NCBI GenBank assembly: GCA_020137815.1
Contig: CM035360.1
Span: 2,108,001 to 2,172,000, forward strand
Length of the DNA stretch: 64,000 nt
From: Hormiphora californensis
Taxonomy: Eukaryota; Animalia; Ctenophora
Reading direction: 5' to 3'
The position numbers and the translations under genes are program-made. This document shows positions 45,783-55,865 of the stretch, in pieces. Within the stretch, counting starts at the first letter, position 1. Every line of letters starts with the position of its first letter. The notes beneath the pieces are model-generated. The model saw only the letters and a list, made by a program, of their open reading frames with translations, did not search any database and had not been told where the DNA came from.

Positions 45783-46847
45783 TAGCTAGTTATGTATGTG
45801 TGGAGCTTCCTGCGAGAGTAGTGATATGAATGTCATTGTGTCTTCTACAGCCAAGGAAATAAAGGAATGAGAGACCAAAGTGCAGCTCTGAGTGAAATGA
45901 TGTGATGGATAATATAAGATCAGTGAGCTTTCAAGCCCAAAATTATATAATAACTTCAAGTTGTGAATTCTGTGGGGGGATTCTGTGCGGTCGCTTGTTG
46001 TTCAAGTATCGCACATGCATTAACCTAACAGATAAATTGTGAGCTACTGAGTAGCAAAAAGGGTGAAAACTGGAATGCGTGTGAAAGTGAAACAATCCAC
46101 TCTGCCACTACTCCTGCGACAGGGAGATGAATGTTTTTGTGAAGGAGTAGTGTATCATAGTAAATGTGTGTGTGTGCTAATGCCCAAAGTAAACATTGGC
46201 ACGGCAGGGGCAATTGAGAGATTTCATGTAAACTGAATCAAACACGGCAATGCTCCACTGTCCTGTTGAGGGAATCAGGACAGAGATAATTTGAGGGAAC
46301 GGGAAACTCAAAATGAAAACAATTTGAGGTAAAATGATAATTTCTCAGCATCTCATATTTCATAATCTCGTCAACAAAACTGATTCAGATTCGAGGGCAC
46401 GAAGCACATTCGACTAAACAAGAGAGAGAGAGAAGAGAAGCTGGTTCACGTCGGAGCTCAAGTGCAATCTCATCATACCATATTAGGGATAATTACCCAG
46501 TCACGTGACCACACCTGGTAAAGCCCTGAGGGGCAGCAACAACCTCCCCCTCCTCTCGGCATAATATATGTTGTCAAATTACAATAGACAGTGTTAGGGA
46601 CAGCATATTTATGCAACTCGCTTTTAAATAGACGTGTAAATGGACCGGGTGATAGAGTGACCAGATGGCGGGGAACTAATTGGGACAACAAGATCATTTA
46701 TTAAAAGGGGTGGGGGTGAACAATCCCTTGATTACCACTATAATGCTTCTATTTTTCATTGTCCTTTGTTGTCAATGATTGTATTGGTCAGTTAGTTCGG
46801 TAATTTCTGTTTTATAGCATCAGAGGTGAGATCGCTTGTGTCCAGAT

Positions 46848-47002
46848 TAAAGTCGGATTTTTTGAAGTTGTCACTCCCCTTCTCGTGCACGGAATGTTTT
46901 TGTGCGTCACATCACATGTTAACGTGTGGTGTGCGCGTCAAAATTGATAAATTTCACACGCGCGGTCATTTGGGGGTGACAACTTCAAAAAATCCGACTT
47001 TA
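46848..47002. mobile_element. MITE-like inverted repeat element
   Basis: taaagtcggattttttgaagttgtcac...gtgacaacttcaaaaaatccgacttta. Confidence 0.7.
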
Positions 47003-47339
47003 GCCCTTAACAAAAATGATATGATAAAACAACTTACAGAGCATAAAGTGCAGATAGTTCATGAATTCCATTCTCATTCAGTACTCCTGCAAGGTGAAGT
47101 AGTCCAATCTCACTCAACCATTCAGATAGACTTTCATCACTGTCCACTGTTAGGAATTAACGGTCAGTTATTGTTGGGGAGTTGAAGGAGTGAAAAGATG
47201 CTTCAAAACTCACACATAGCAACAGCCCCAGGCACACTTGGATATGATGTCCCCTCTCTTTCTCTCCTTCCAGCGGCGCTGTACTCTCTCACGATATATC
47301 GCGTCGAGTGTGCTACGTCTAGTTTGGGATGGGGGCTAG

Positions 47340-47625
47340 AAGTACCCCCTTCCCAAAAAGAGAGGGGACCTCGTACCCCCTTCCCAAAAAGAGAGGGGAC
47401 CTCGTACCCCCTTCCCTGCAGAGAGGGGACCTCGTACCCCCTTCCCAAAAAGAGAGGGGACCTCGTACCCCCTTCCCTGCAGAGAGGGGACCTCGTACCC
47501 CCTTCCCAAAAAGAGAGGGGACCTCGTACCCCCTTCCCAAAAAGAGAGGGGACCTCGTACCCCCTTCCTAAAAAGAGAGGGGACCTCGTACCCCTTCCTA
47601 AAAAGAGAGGGGACCTCGTACCCAA
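47340..47625. repeat. Minisatellite, ~30-31-bp unit (cgtacccccttcccaaaaagagaggggacct), about 9 copies
   Basis: Direct tandem array. It explains the repetitive ORFs on both strands here. Confidence 0.9.
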
Positions 47626-47689
47626 CAGGCAGACAGCTTCGGAAAACTTACACTTCAAACCCGTCATGCATTAACCAACTGCAAATCTG

Positions 47690-47845
47690 ATGCACAAACT
47701 GTTAATCGATCAGTTTAAATCTCACATCACAAACTGTTAAAATCAGTTCAAATCTCACATCACAAACTGTTAAAATCAGTTCAAATCTCACATCACAAAC
47801 TGTTAAAATCTCACATCACAGACTGTTCAAATCAGTTCAAATCAA
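47690..47845. repeat. Minisatellite, ~33-bp unit (aaatctcacatcacaaactgttaaaatcagttc)
   Basis: About 4-5 imperfect tandem copies. Confidence 0.8.
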
Positions 47846-48372
47846 ACACACGATATTGTGAGACAACTCACCCGATACAGTGTCCAGGGAATCGGAGGAA
47901 AGTTGCTTTTCAAGGGACATTCGACTAGAAAACAACGATTCTAAATAACACTTTTTATAAACCAACTAAACATATTTTAATTCCTAGAATTTTCGATTCC
48001 GGCCTTCGCTAGATATAATTTCTAATTTTCATCCCCAGTTAATCCTGATTAGATTAATGATATTTAACTAAACCAATGTCCTCTTCCAAAACCGAGATTT
48101 GCCCGGAGGCCGGAACTTGCTTGGAACTCAAGTTCGAAGGCCCATTGGCCAAGCTCAGTTTAGACTTTGGCATTTGGCTGAAGGCTTTAGTTAGACAGGG
48201 CCCAGGGGCCATGGAAAGAATGGCAATTCAGATCCACTCTTTTCAGGCCAGCGTTAAAATCTGGGTGTTTTGGGAGTGCTGACAAACGGTTTTTTAGGGT
48301 TAGGGCTAAAGTAGGGTTAGGGTTAGGGTTGGGGTTAGGCCTTGACATTCCCTACCATATAAACTTTGAATC

Positions 48373-49856
48373 AATCAATCAAAATGTACATTTAACATCC
48401 CGCTTTTTGACTAATAATAGTAAGAGTGATAAACGTCATACAAAGTTACTCGATGAGCGCCAGAGCACTCCTACCAGCCTTCTAAAGCGGTGAACCCAAA
48501 GTGGAAAAGAAAGATGATAAGAGTGGTATTAATAGCCCAGATATGATGATAATAAGTAGATAATAAATTAATGTTTTTGATTAAGTAAGAAATAATTATA
48601 TATATGAAAATATATGTTAAATCAATGTAATAAGTTACATAGAAAAGAGATTAATCACGAAATAAAAGAGTGGAGCGAATCACTGCTCCATAATTCTGAA
48701 GCTCAATGCATGCAGCGGACGTATAGATGTACACATAAATTAATGGGACAGTCCATCCTAAACACCATACGACTTTTCAAACAGGTGGGTTTTGAGTCTG
48801 GATTTGAAAGTTTCCTCGTCTGAACAGTTGCGAATGTCAATGGGAAGTTGATTCCAGATCCTCGGGCCTGAAACTTGAAATGCACGCTGTGTGGTTTTGT
48901 ACTTGGTTGAAAAATCCCTTTCCAAAAGGGTCAGATCACCGTCGTGACGTAGTGATTTTCCTTTCCTCTGACGTTTGTTTATTAGATTTTGAAGATATTG
49001 TGGTGCTTGATTGTTTAGACACTTGAAAACCATGAGACAGATTTTAAATTCAATTCTAGCATCAACTGGAAGAAAGTGTAATTGCCGCCTGAGGTCTGTA
49101 ACTCCCCTCCACTGCCACCTTCCAAACACAAAGCGAGTCGCTGCGTTCTGCACTTTTTGCAATCTGGCAATGTCACATTTATCGGCACCAATTAGTAAGC
49201 CGTTACAGTAGTCCAGACGAGAGTGGATGAGCGAATGGACCAGCTGAACCTTGTGTCTTCTCTGTAGCTTGTTTCCAATTCTACGGAGGTTGACAAGGTT
49301 ATAGTTACATTCCTTCACAACTTTTGAAACATGGTCTTTCATGGTAAGTTTTTCATCAAAGACAACACCCAGATTCTTGGCACTCTGGGAGGGAAAGATG
49401 GTCGCCGAGAGGGGTCCTTCCTCATCACACAATGTTAGAGGATCTGAATAGTCCAGTGGGTTTGGACTATTATCAGTTCGAGAGGAAATGAACATCAACT
49501 CAGTTTTTGCCGGGTTCAGTTTCAGGTAACTGGATGCCATCCATGCTTTAATTTCCAAGAAACATTTTTTGAGTTGAGACTCACATTCGTTCCAGGCATC
49601 GTTTGTGAAGCTGACATACAGCTGAGAATCGTCAGCGTATAGGTGAATCTTGGTTTTGTGTCGTGCCGCTATAGCTTCCAAGTCCTTAGTGAACAGAATA
49701 AAAAGTAACGGACCGAGGATGGATCCCTGCGGTACACCTATTTCGATGTTAACAGGAAGTGATTGACTTTTGCCAATTTTGACAACTGCTACCCGGTCTT
49801 TCAGATATGACTGGAACCACTCAAGAGCCACCCCTTTGATTCCATACATCTTGTCC
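48373..49856 (-). mobile_element. 5'-truncated L2/CR1-group LINE: uninterrupted C-terminal RT ORF (48758-49858), 3' UTR and (ATTG)n tail
   Basis: GVPQGSILGPLLF, LYADDSQLY, LKLNPAKTE, AKNLGVVFD, SRLDYCNGLL, LQKVQNAATR and LHFLPV motifs. It is inserted into a host repeat at aatc^agcc with an aatc duplication or microhomology. Confidence 0.93.
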
Positions 49857-50235
49857 AATCAGCCAAAACGGTTGAGTGGTTTGGCGGTTAGAGCCATTTT
49901 AGTGAATCAACTTTTTTGGCAGTGCGCACCTGTAAACAGGCCTCCAAACACCCAGATCGTAACGGCGCCCCTCTTTTCATGTAATGAACTATAATTAATT
50001 CAATCGGGTCATGACTGGGACTGGACGAGTGGCGACAGCGGACAGAAATATTTCAATCAGAATAGTGTGAAGTAAACCAAGTGAAATACTATGACCCCTA
50101 TCACCCCTCGAACTGGGGTGCTGGAAGCGTCTGAACACCGGCGGCAGGCGAGAGATTAACGAAAAGAAGCGGGAAAATAAGAACTTTTTTTTCTATTTAA
50201 ATTTTTTTTTCCGCATTTTCGCATTTTTCAGCTTC

Positions 50236-50625
50236 AATAAGGAACCATAATAAAGTTCAAGAGCCTCCAAGAGCACCCAAGAGCGCACCCTATCGAAGAG
50301 AGACCACACCTGAGAGCGCACCACACCCAAAAGAGACCACACCCAAGAGCGCACCACCTCCAGAAGACACCACTTCAAGAGCGCACCACATCAAAGAGAG
50401 CTCCCCATCCAGAAGATACCACGCGCAGGGGACACCACGCGCAGAAGAGACCAGCGCGGCGTTGTATTTGCGCGTGCGGTCTCTTCTGCGCGTGGTGTCC
50501 CCTGCGCGCGGTATCTTCTGGATGGGGAGCTCTCTTTGATGTGGTGCGCTCTTGGAGTGGTGTCTTTTGGAGGTGGTACGCTCTTGGATGGGGTGCGCTC
50601 TTGAACTTTATTATGGTTCCTTATT
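50236..50625. mobile_element. Fold-back MITE with long inverted arms and internal gagcgcaccac subrepeats
   Basis: aataaggaaccataataaagttcaagagc...gctcttgaactttattatggttccttatt, with ~80-bp near-perfect central arms. Confidence 0.75.
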
Positions 50626-51142
50626 TGCTCGGCGCGGCGCGGCGTTAAAAATCGTCACGCTAACGCGGAAAAACCAGAATTTACGCCGCGCATTAATTTT
50701 CTTCAAATCACAGCCAGGCTTTGAAATCGGCCAGCGTTAAAATCTGGCCAGTGTTTTGGGAGTGCTGACAAACGGTTTTTTAGGGTTAGGGCTAAAGTAG
50801 GATTAGGGTTAGGGTTGGGGTTTGGGTTGGGGTTAGGCCTTGACATTCCCTAGCAGATAAACTTTGAATCAGCCAAAACGGTTGAGTGGTTTGGCGGTTA
50901 GAGCCATTTTAGTGAATCAACTTTTTTGGCAGCGTGCACCTGTAAACAGGCCTCCAAACACCCAGATCGTAACGGCGCCCTTAAAATCTGGGTGTCTCGT
51001 GAGTCGTGAGTGCTGACAAACGGGTTTTCAGGGTTAGGGCTAAAGTAGGGTTAGAGTTGGGGCTTGGGTTGGGGTTAGGCCTTGACATTTTCTACCAGAT
51101 AAACTTTGAATTAGCCAAAAAGGTTGAGTGCTTTGGCGGTTA

Positions 51143-51580
51143 CAAAGACAAAGAGAACGATACACTATTATTCAGCTATGGAATATCAACAATGGTGTCG
51201 CCCCAAATAGCACCGGAACCCGGTTTTATCATCACGAACGGCTTGGAATAAAAGCCGAAGTTCCAAACCTGTACAGTGGAGCACAGAAGTCAATATCAAC
51301 AAAATACTTCAACTCCTTCGGTGTAAGGTCTGCTCGGTTATGGAATGCATTACCGAAAAATGTCAACACGGCAGAGACTTTGGACACGTTTAAGGTCGTG
51401 CTGGGACGGTGGCTCGATCAGTACCCAGACAATCCACCCGTGAAGGGTTATGTGACTCAGAATGGGAATTCAATCTTGGATTGGGTACTAACGGTTCGGG
51501 CGAAGGGGGGAGGTCGGAGAGACTGACACCTTATAAGTTTTTTTTCATTTTTGTAATAAAGCTATTTCAATAAGTTAGAG
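51143..51580 (+). mobile_element. 3' fragment of a second, CR1-like LINE
   Basis: LQRQRERYTIIQLW...NSFGVRSARLWNALP...LDTFKVVLGRWLDQYPDNP...NSILDW is a typical LINE ORF2 C-terminus. ataagt motifs follow at the 3' end. Confidence 0.8.
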
Positions 51581-52060
51581 CTTTAGAAAGTGGTAAATGG
51601 TGTAGCATCGATCTGATTGAATCAGTAGCAAGCCATTTATTTTAAACACTATTGAGCGGTATATTAAATGTCATGAATTATTATTATCATTTAGTGAATC
51701 AAATTTTTTGGCAGGGCGCACCTGTAAACAGGCCACCCAGATCGTAACGGCACCCCTTGAAATCGCGATCGCTAAATTTCCTTTTACTTTTCACAAGAGC
51801 ACGCAACTTGCTTGAAAAGCACTGCCTTAGGGTCATCGGCGAAAGAAACGAGAATCGTCCATTTTTATTCAACTGTTCAGGCCTGAACTCTTGCACGTGC
51901 GGTATTTTAATTTACGCTGGGTTGCTAAGTTGAAATTTTTGAATTATCAATTTTAAAGTCTTGCACATGTATTGGGATGTTCTATGAACTAATTTCCGTG
52001 TTTTGAAATTTTGAAATTTTAAAATTTTTTTTCGATTTTTTCCCGATTTTTCACCAAAAT

Positions 52061-52368
52061 CAAGGGTCACAAAAGTGGCTTGCGATCCTTAGTGGCTCAA
52101 CCGTTTGGGCTGAAACTCCGGATATCTGTAGATAATTACCCAATGAATAACAGGAAATATGATGCATAGCGATATTTGACTATAAATACCCAATTTTATA
52201 CTATACAACCGTATGTACACGAATACAACCCATGCACACTGCAATAAACAGCAAAAACAAGGGTCACAAAAGTGGCTTGCGATCCTTAGTGGCTCAACCG
52301 TTTGGGCTGAAACTCCGGATATCTGTAGATAATTACCCAATGAATAACAGGAATTATGATGCATAGCG
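52061..52368. repeat. Direct duplication of ~110 bp (52061-52172 and 52258-52368)
   Basis: caagggtcacaaaagtggc...gatgcatagcgat occurs twice. Confidence 0.8.
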
Positions 52369-53294
52369 ATTCATTCCGACTTAGCAACCCCTACTGGGCA
52401 CGCTACACGTTAACATGTGATAGATGGGCAAAACAATTCCGTGCACGACTTTGGGGGGGGTGTGAACAGTTGAAAAAAGGACTTTAGACCGCTCTAAAAG
52501 TATCCCTGGAGAGCTAGAGCGACTCTCCTGGTGCTGTGCAAGCCTCACGAAACCTCAAGGAGTAAGGACTTCAAACAGTTTTCGGCTGTTTATCTCTCCC
52601 CGGATCAAACGCCCTCTCAATCGAAGGAGTAAAAAGCTCTCAAGGCTCAGGTTCATTTTGAGACGGATACGGTTAGACGATCCAGACGGCGGCTATTTCA
52701 TCCGTAATAATGCCAATTGCCATCAAAGTGGGATAGTTCCTACAAAATGCAGCGTTTTCAGAAAACCATGCTAGGAGCAGGCAGTCTACTGCAGTCCCTT
52801 TCCCGTCCCTTAATTCAAGTGAAGGAAAGCGAGTTGTCTGTAAATAAAACTGTTATTATGACAGAATGGAAATATTTTAATACTAAATTGTAAAACACAA
52901 ATTCGCCTGCTATGCGAAGCAACAGAACTACTCTGGGGTATGTTCTGGTTGTTTTCGCATTCTCGACTCACAATTCAAGTTTGAGTTTCGGCCTTAACTC
53001 TTCCTCCATTATTCAAAGTCAATAACGATTTAATTAATTTTGTCAATGAAATGGTCAAAGTGAGATCAAAACAAATAATTACTTCTCAGTTTTACGCTTA
53101 TCTATTGTACAAAAACGAAAAAGAAGTAACATTCTCTGCATACCATGAGCGTCTACTAAGCTGGTATATCACAGATGGGATTGATTCAACCCGGTTGAAT
53201 GTTCTATGCCTCATATTTATTTGTACTGGTTATAGGACAGAGTTATTGTTCCCATTTCGTTAATTTTCTATTTCCTATTTTTCTTTTTCTTTAC

Positions 53295-55643
53295 TCAAAA
53301 TAACCTCTTTAAAGATTCGTATACTCCTTCCACATGTTCCTCTTCTCCTTCCTCATTTTCCGGGGTTGAAGTTAAAAACTCTAGTGAAGCATACTCTGCA
53401 TCTTCTTTACTTTTATCTACAACCGAGTAAAGTGGTTCCGATTCGAAACTTTTATCTGCAACCGAGTAGACTGGTTCCTCATCTTTACTTTTATCCACCA
53501 CCGAGTAGACTGGTTCCTCATCTTTACTTTTATCCACCACCGAGTAGACTGGTCCCGGTTTGAAACTTTTATCTACGACCGAGTAAAGTGGTTCCTCATC
53601 TTTACTTTTATCTGCAACCGAGTAAACTGGTTCACCTCCCTTGCTTTTATCCACGACCGAGTAGACTGGCCCTGGTTCTAAACTTGTACCTATCTCGGAG
53701 TAGACTGGCCCTGGTTCTAAACTTGAACCTATCTCGGAGTAGACTGGGTCCTCTTCATCACACGGCACCCACGCTGTGCTCTCACCACCAAAAGAGCAGC
53801 TGCTTCCTTGTCCCGGTGTGCTTTGCCATTCACTGATTGAATCATAAACATGCCCCATTTGGTAGCCGTTCTGGGCCATCTCTACCTCCCCTTTTGGAAG
53901 TGTAGATACTCTGGAAACGATGATTGCTGGTGGTGGTGGTGGTGGAGGGGTATTTCTTTTCCTGTACAGGACAGCACCACTTGTTATTCCTGCGATAGTG
54001 ATGATCGCAACCAGTATCACGATAAGCACTATCAGTAAGGAATTTACTGGTTTTGAAGTTTTATTGACGAAACCCAGCTCTGCATCAAAGGTTGCGGAAC
54101 ATGTAGTTTCGTCATAATCAGTTGGCATGGTGACATCAATGCGAGTCCTGTTAATATCCTCTTTTACCCTCGAGAAGTAGCCATCCGGAAGACCAGGACA
54201 CTTGATCGTGTGGTTAAAGATGGGATAACCCTCAATTTCCCAAGAAACTTTCCTTCCAACAGCAAGTTCCTGGCTTGGTAGGAGAGTTACAGTTCCTGGA
54301 ATTGTCAGCGTTGTGACATCCTCACTACTGCAACCAAGAAGCGGGTGACAAGATTCGCACGTGTACCGACCAGAGCTGCTTGCCTTGTACTCAATGTTCC
54401 CCACCGCTGTTCCGTTATCACTTACTGCTATTAGTTGGTCCTTGTGGTGTGTGATGGTGTTCTTGAAGAAGGGGATTTCTGGAAATGATGAACATATTAG
54501 TTGAAACGTGTCTCCGACGAAAGGTGGTATTTCTTTCATTTTGGTGTTGAAAGAATCCCTCCTGCAATGCTGTGTTTCAATTCTTTTCGGTGTAAAGTTA
54601 ATTATAGCTATTGTTTTGGCTTTGCAGAAGTTTTTCATCGTAAAATTGAAGTGACTTGCGGAGGTGGCAATATGAAGCGTTGAAGACAGGCAGGTAAACT
54701 GAATTGAGGGTGAACTTTTTGAGATTTCCATTTGGAATGTGTCATCATCATCATCAGATGAAACCGTTATGCTGGCAGATGAAGTTGCTTTTGGAACATC
54801 TATCGTGACAACTTTTGATCTGTCACCATTCTCCGGATAGTAGTAGAATCGGACGTAGACGCGATGATCAACCGAATCTATCTCGACTGAAAGAATGTTT
54901 TCTTGAAGAGAGAATTTTTCTGCTTTACTGTAAATCCATTTTCGGTACGGGGTTGATTTTTTAACGCAGCCCAACTCCACGGTATCCGATGATTGCAGCA
55001 TCTTTAGTTGTGTACTCTGCACGAAGCATGTCGCGGTTGACACGTTTTCCTCAACTTCCTGACTCACCTCCGCTGAAGAGCTATTGTGAGTTGTAGTTCT
55101 CCCATTGATGGTTATGTCAAGAGGCGGGATCCCCTCTGCTGAGCAGGTCACAATTGACTCTCCGTTTGTTGTGAAGGCGACGATTCTTGTAGAAGGTTTC
55201 TGGCATATGGTTAGTCGCTTTATATTTGACCAACTTATATGTTGAGCGCCGGGTGCATGGAATGTGGAGCAGGGAAAGCTATATTCATCTCCACGTGAAG
55301 TCGGAGATCTTGAACTCCATTGTCCGTCTGTCCGGTTCAAAAGGATCTGCTGGAAGAACGTACAGCGATCCTTTGCAGCACTCCCTGGGGAACTTAGTAA
55401 AAAGAACCCTGGGAGTGTAGCATGCTTAATTACACTTGCAAGAATCTGCCGGTCGCTTTTGGTCAAGTTGAGAGCGGTGCTGTTGCTCCACTCCGGTTCT
55501 ACCAACACTAGGATATTACCTCCTGGCAATTCTCTTGTCCAACTTCCCCCTTTGGTAGTTGACCAGCAAAGGTTTTCATCAGCCCTAGCAGGTATAACGA
55601 GGAACAAAACGAAAAAGGCGAACATTTTTTGAAATGGAATCAT
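53295..55643 (-). CDS. Intronless 782-aa type I membrane receptor with Ig-like ectodomain and cytoplasmic tandem tyrosine motifs
   Basis: Signal peptide; Ig-like signatures VTCSAEGIPP...ATCFV, FQLICSS...SSGRYTCES and WEIEGYP...TTCSAT; transmembrane segment LLIVLIVILVAIITIAGITSGAVLY; PPPPPP; nine 13-aa repeats of (E/G/D)P(V/L)YS(V/E)(V/I/A). Confidence 0.85.
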   Translation of the reverse strand: MIPFQKMFAFFVLFLVIPARADENLCWSTTKGGSWTRELPGGNILVLVEPEWSNSTALNLTKSDRQILASVIKHATLPGFFLLSSPGSAAKDRCTFFQQILLNRTDGQWSSRSPTSRGDEYSFPCSTFHAPGAQHISWSNIKRLTICQKPSTRIVAFTTNGESIVTCSAEGIPPLDITINGRTTTHNSSSAEVSQEVEENVSTATCFVQSTQLKMLQSSDTVELGCVKKSTPYRKWIYSKAEKFSLQENILSVEIDSVDHRVYVRFYYYPENGDRSKVVTIDVPKATSSASITVSSDDDDDTFQMEISKSSPSIQFTCLSSTLHIATSASHFNFTMKNFCKAKTIAIINFTPKRIETQHCRRDSFNTKMKEIPPFVGDTFQLICSSFPEIPFFKNTITHHKDQLIAVSDNGTAVGNIEYKASSSGRYTCESCHPLLGCSSEDVTTLTIPGTVTLLPSQELAVGRKVSWEIEGYPIFNHTIKCPGLPDGYFSRVKEDINRTRIDVTMPTDYDETTCSATFDAELGFVNKTSKPVNSLLIVLIVILVAIITIAGITSGAVLYRKRNTPPPPPPPAIIVSRVSTLPKGEVEMAQNGYQMGHVYDSISEWQSTPGQGSSCSFGGESTAWVPCDEEDPVYSEIGSSLEPGPVYSEIGTSLEPGPVYSVVDKSKGGEPVYSVADKSKDEEPLYSVVDKSFKPGPVYSVVDKSKDEEPVYSVVDKSKDEEPVYSVADKSFESEPLYSVVDKSKEDAEYASLEFLTSTPENEEGEEEHVEGVYESLKRLF

Positions 55644-55733
55644 CTCAAAGTTAGAATTTATAATACATCAGATCAAAAATGGATATATCACCTGTTACTA
55701 CTCATCCCACGGATCACAATAAATACCTCCTCC

Positions 55734-55838
55734 CAGGAACCGACCGAATCAGGAAATACTGTTCTCTGATTGGCTGATAACCACTCACGTGACCTAAATA
55801 ACGAGTTCTGATTGGTTGTTTACTTGTGTCGGTCGGTT
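55734..55838 (-). mobile_element. Second copy of the 104-bp hAT-type MITE, between the receptor and PNKP start codons
   Basis: Reverse-complement match to 21716-21819 with one TIR eroded. Confidence 0.85.
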
Positions 55839-55865
55839 TAATAAACACCTCCTCCCTAGCTCTCA

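Larger units (their letters stand above)
48250..51770 (+). repeat. Dispersed ~220-bp repeat containing TTAGGG-like runs; copies at 48250-48372+49857-49970, 50730-50990, and 51005-51142+51690-51765
   Basis: The shared sequence gtgctgacaaacgg-tttagggttagggct...taaactttgaatcagccaaaacggttgag...cctgtaaacaggcc...cccagatcgtaacggc recurs in each copy. Confidence 0.75.

Noticed and set aside
47340-47625. ~30-bp repeat with an internal hairpin, superficially CRISPR-like (also 16150-16331)
   Set aside because: Units are contiguous with no unique spacers, there are no cas genes, and the context is eukaryotic.
48290-48345. TTAGGG runs suggesting a telomere or chromosome fusion site
   Set aside because: The runs are short, degenerate and embedded at the same position in each copy of a dispersed repeat.
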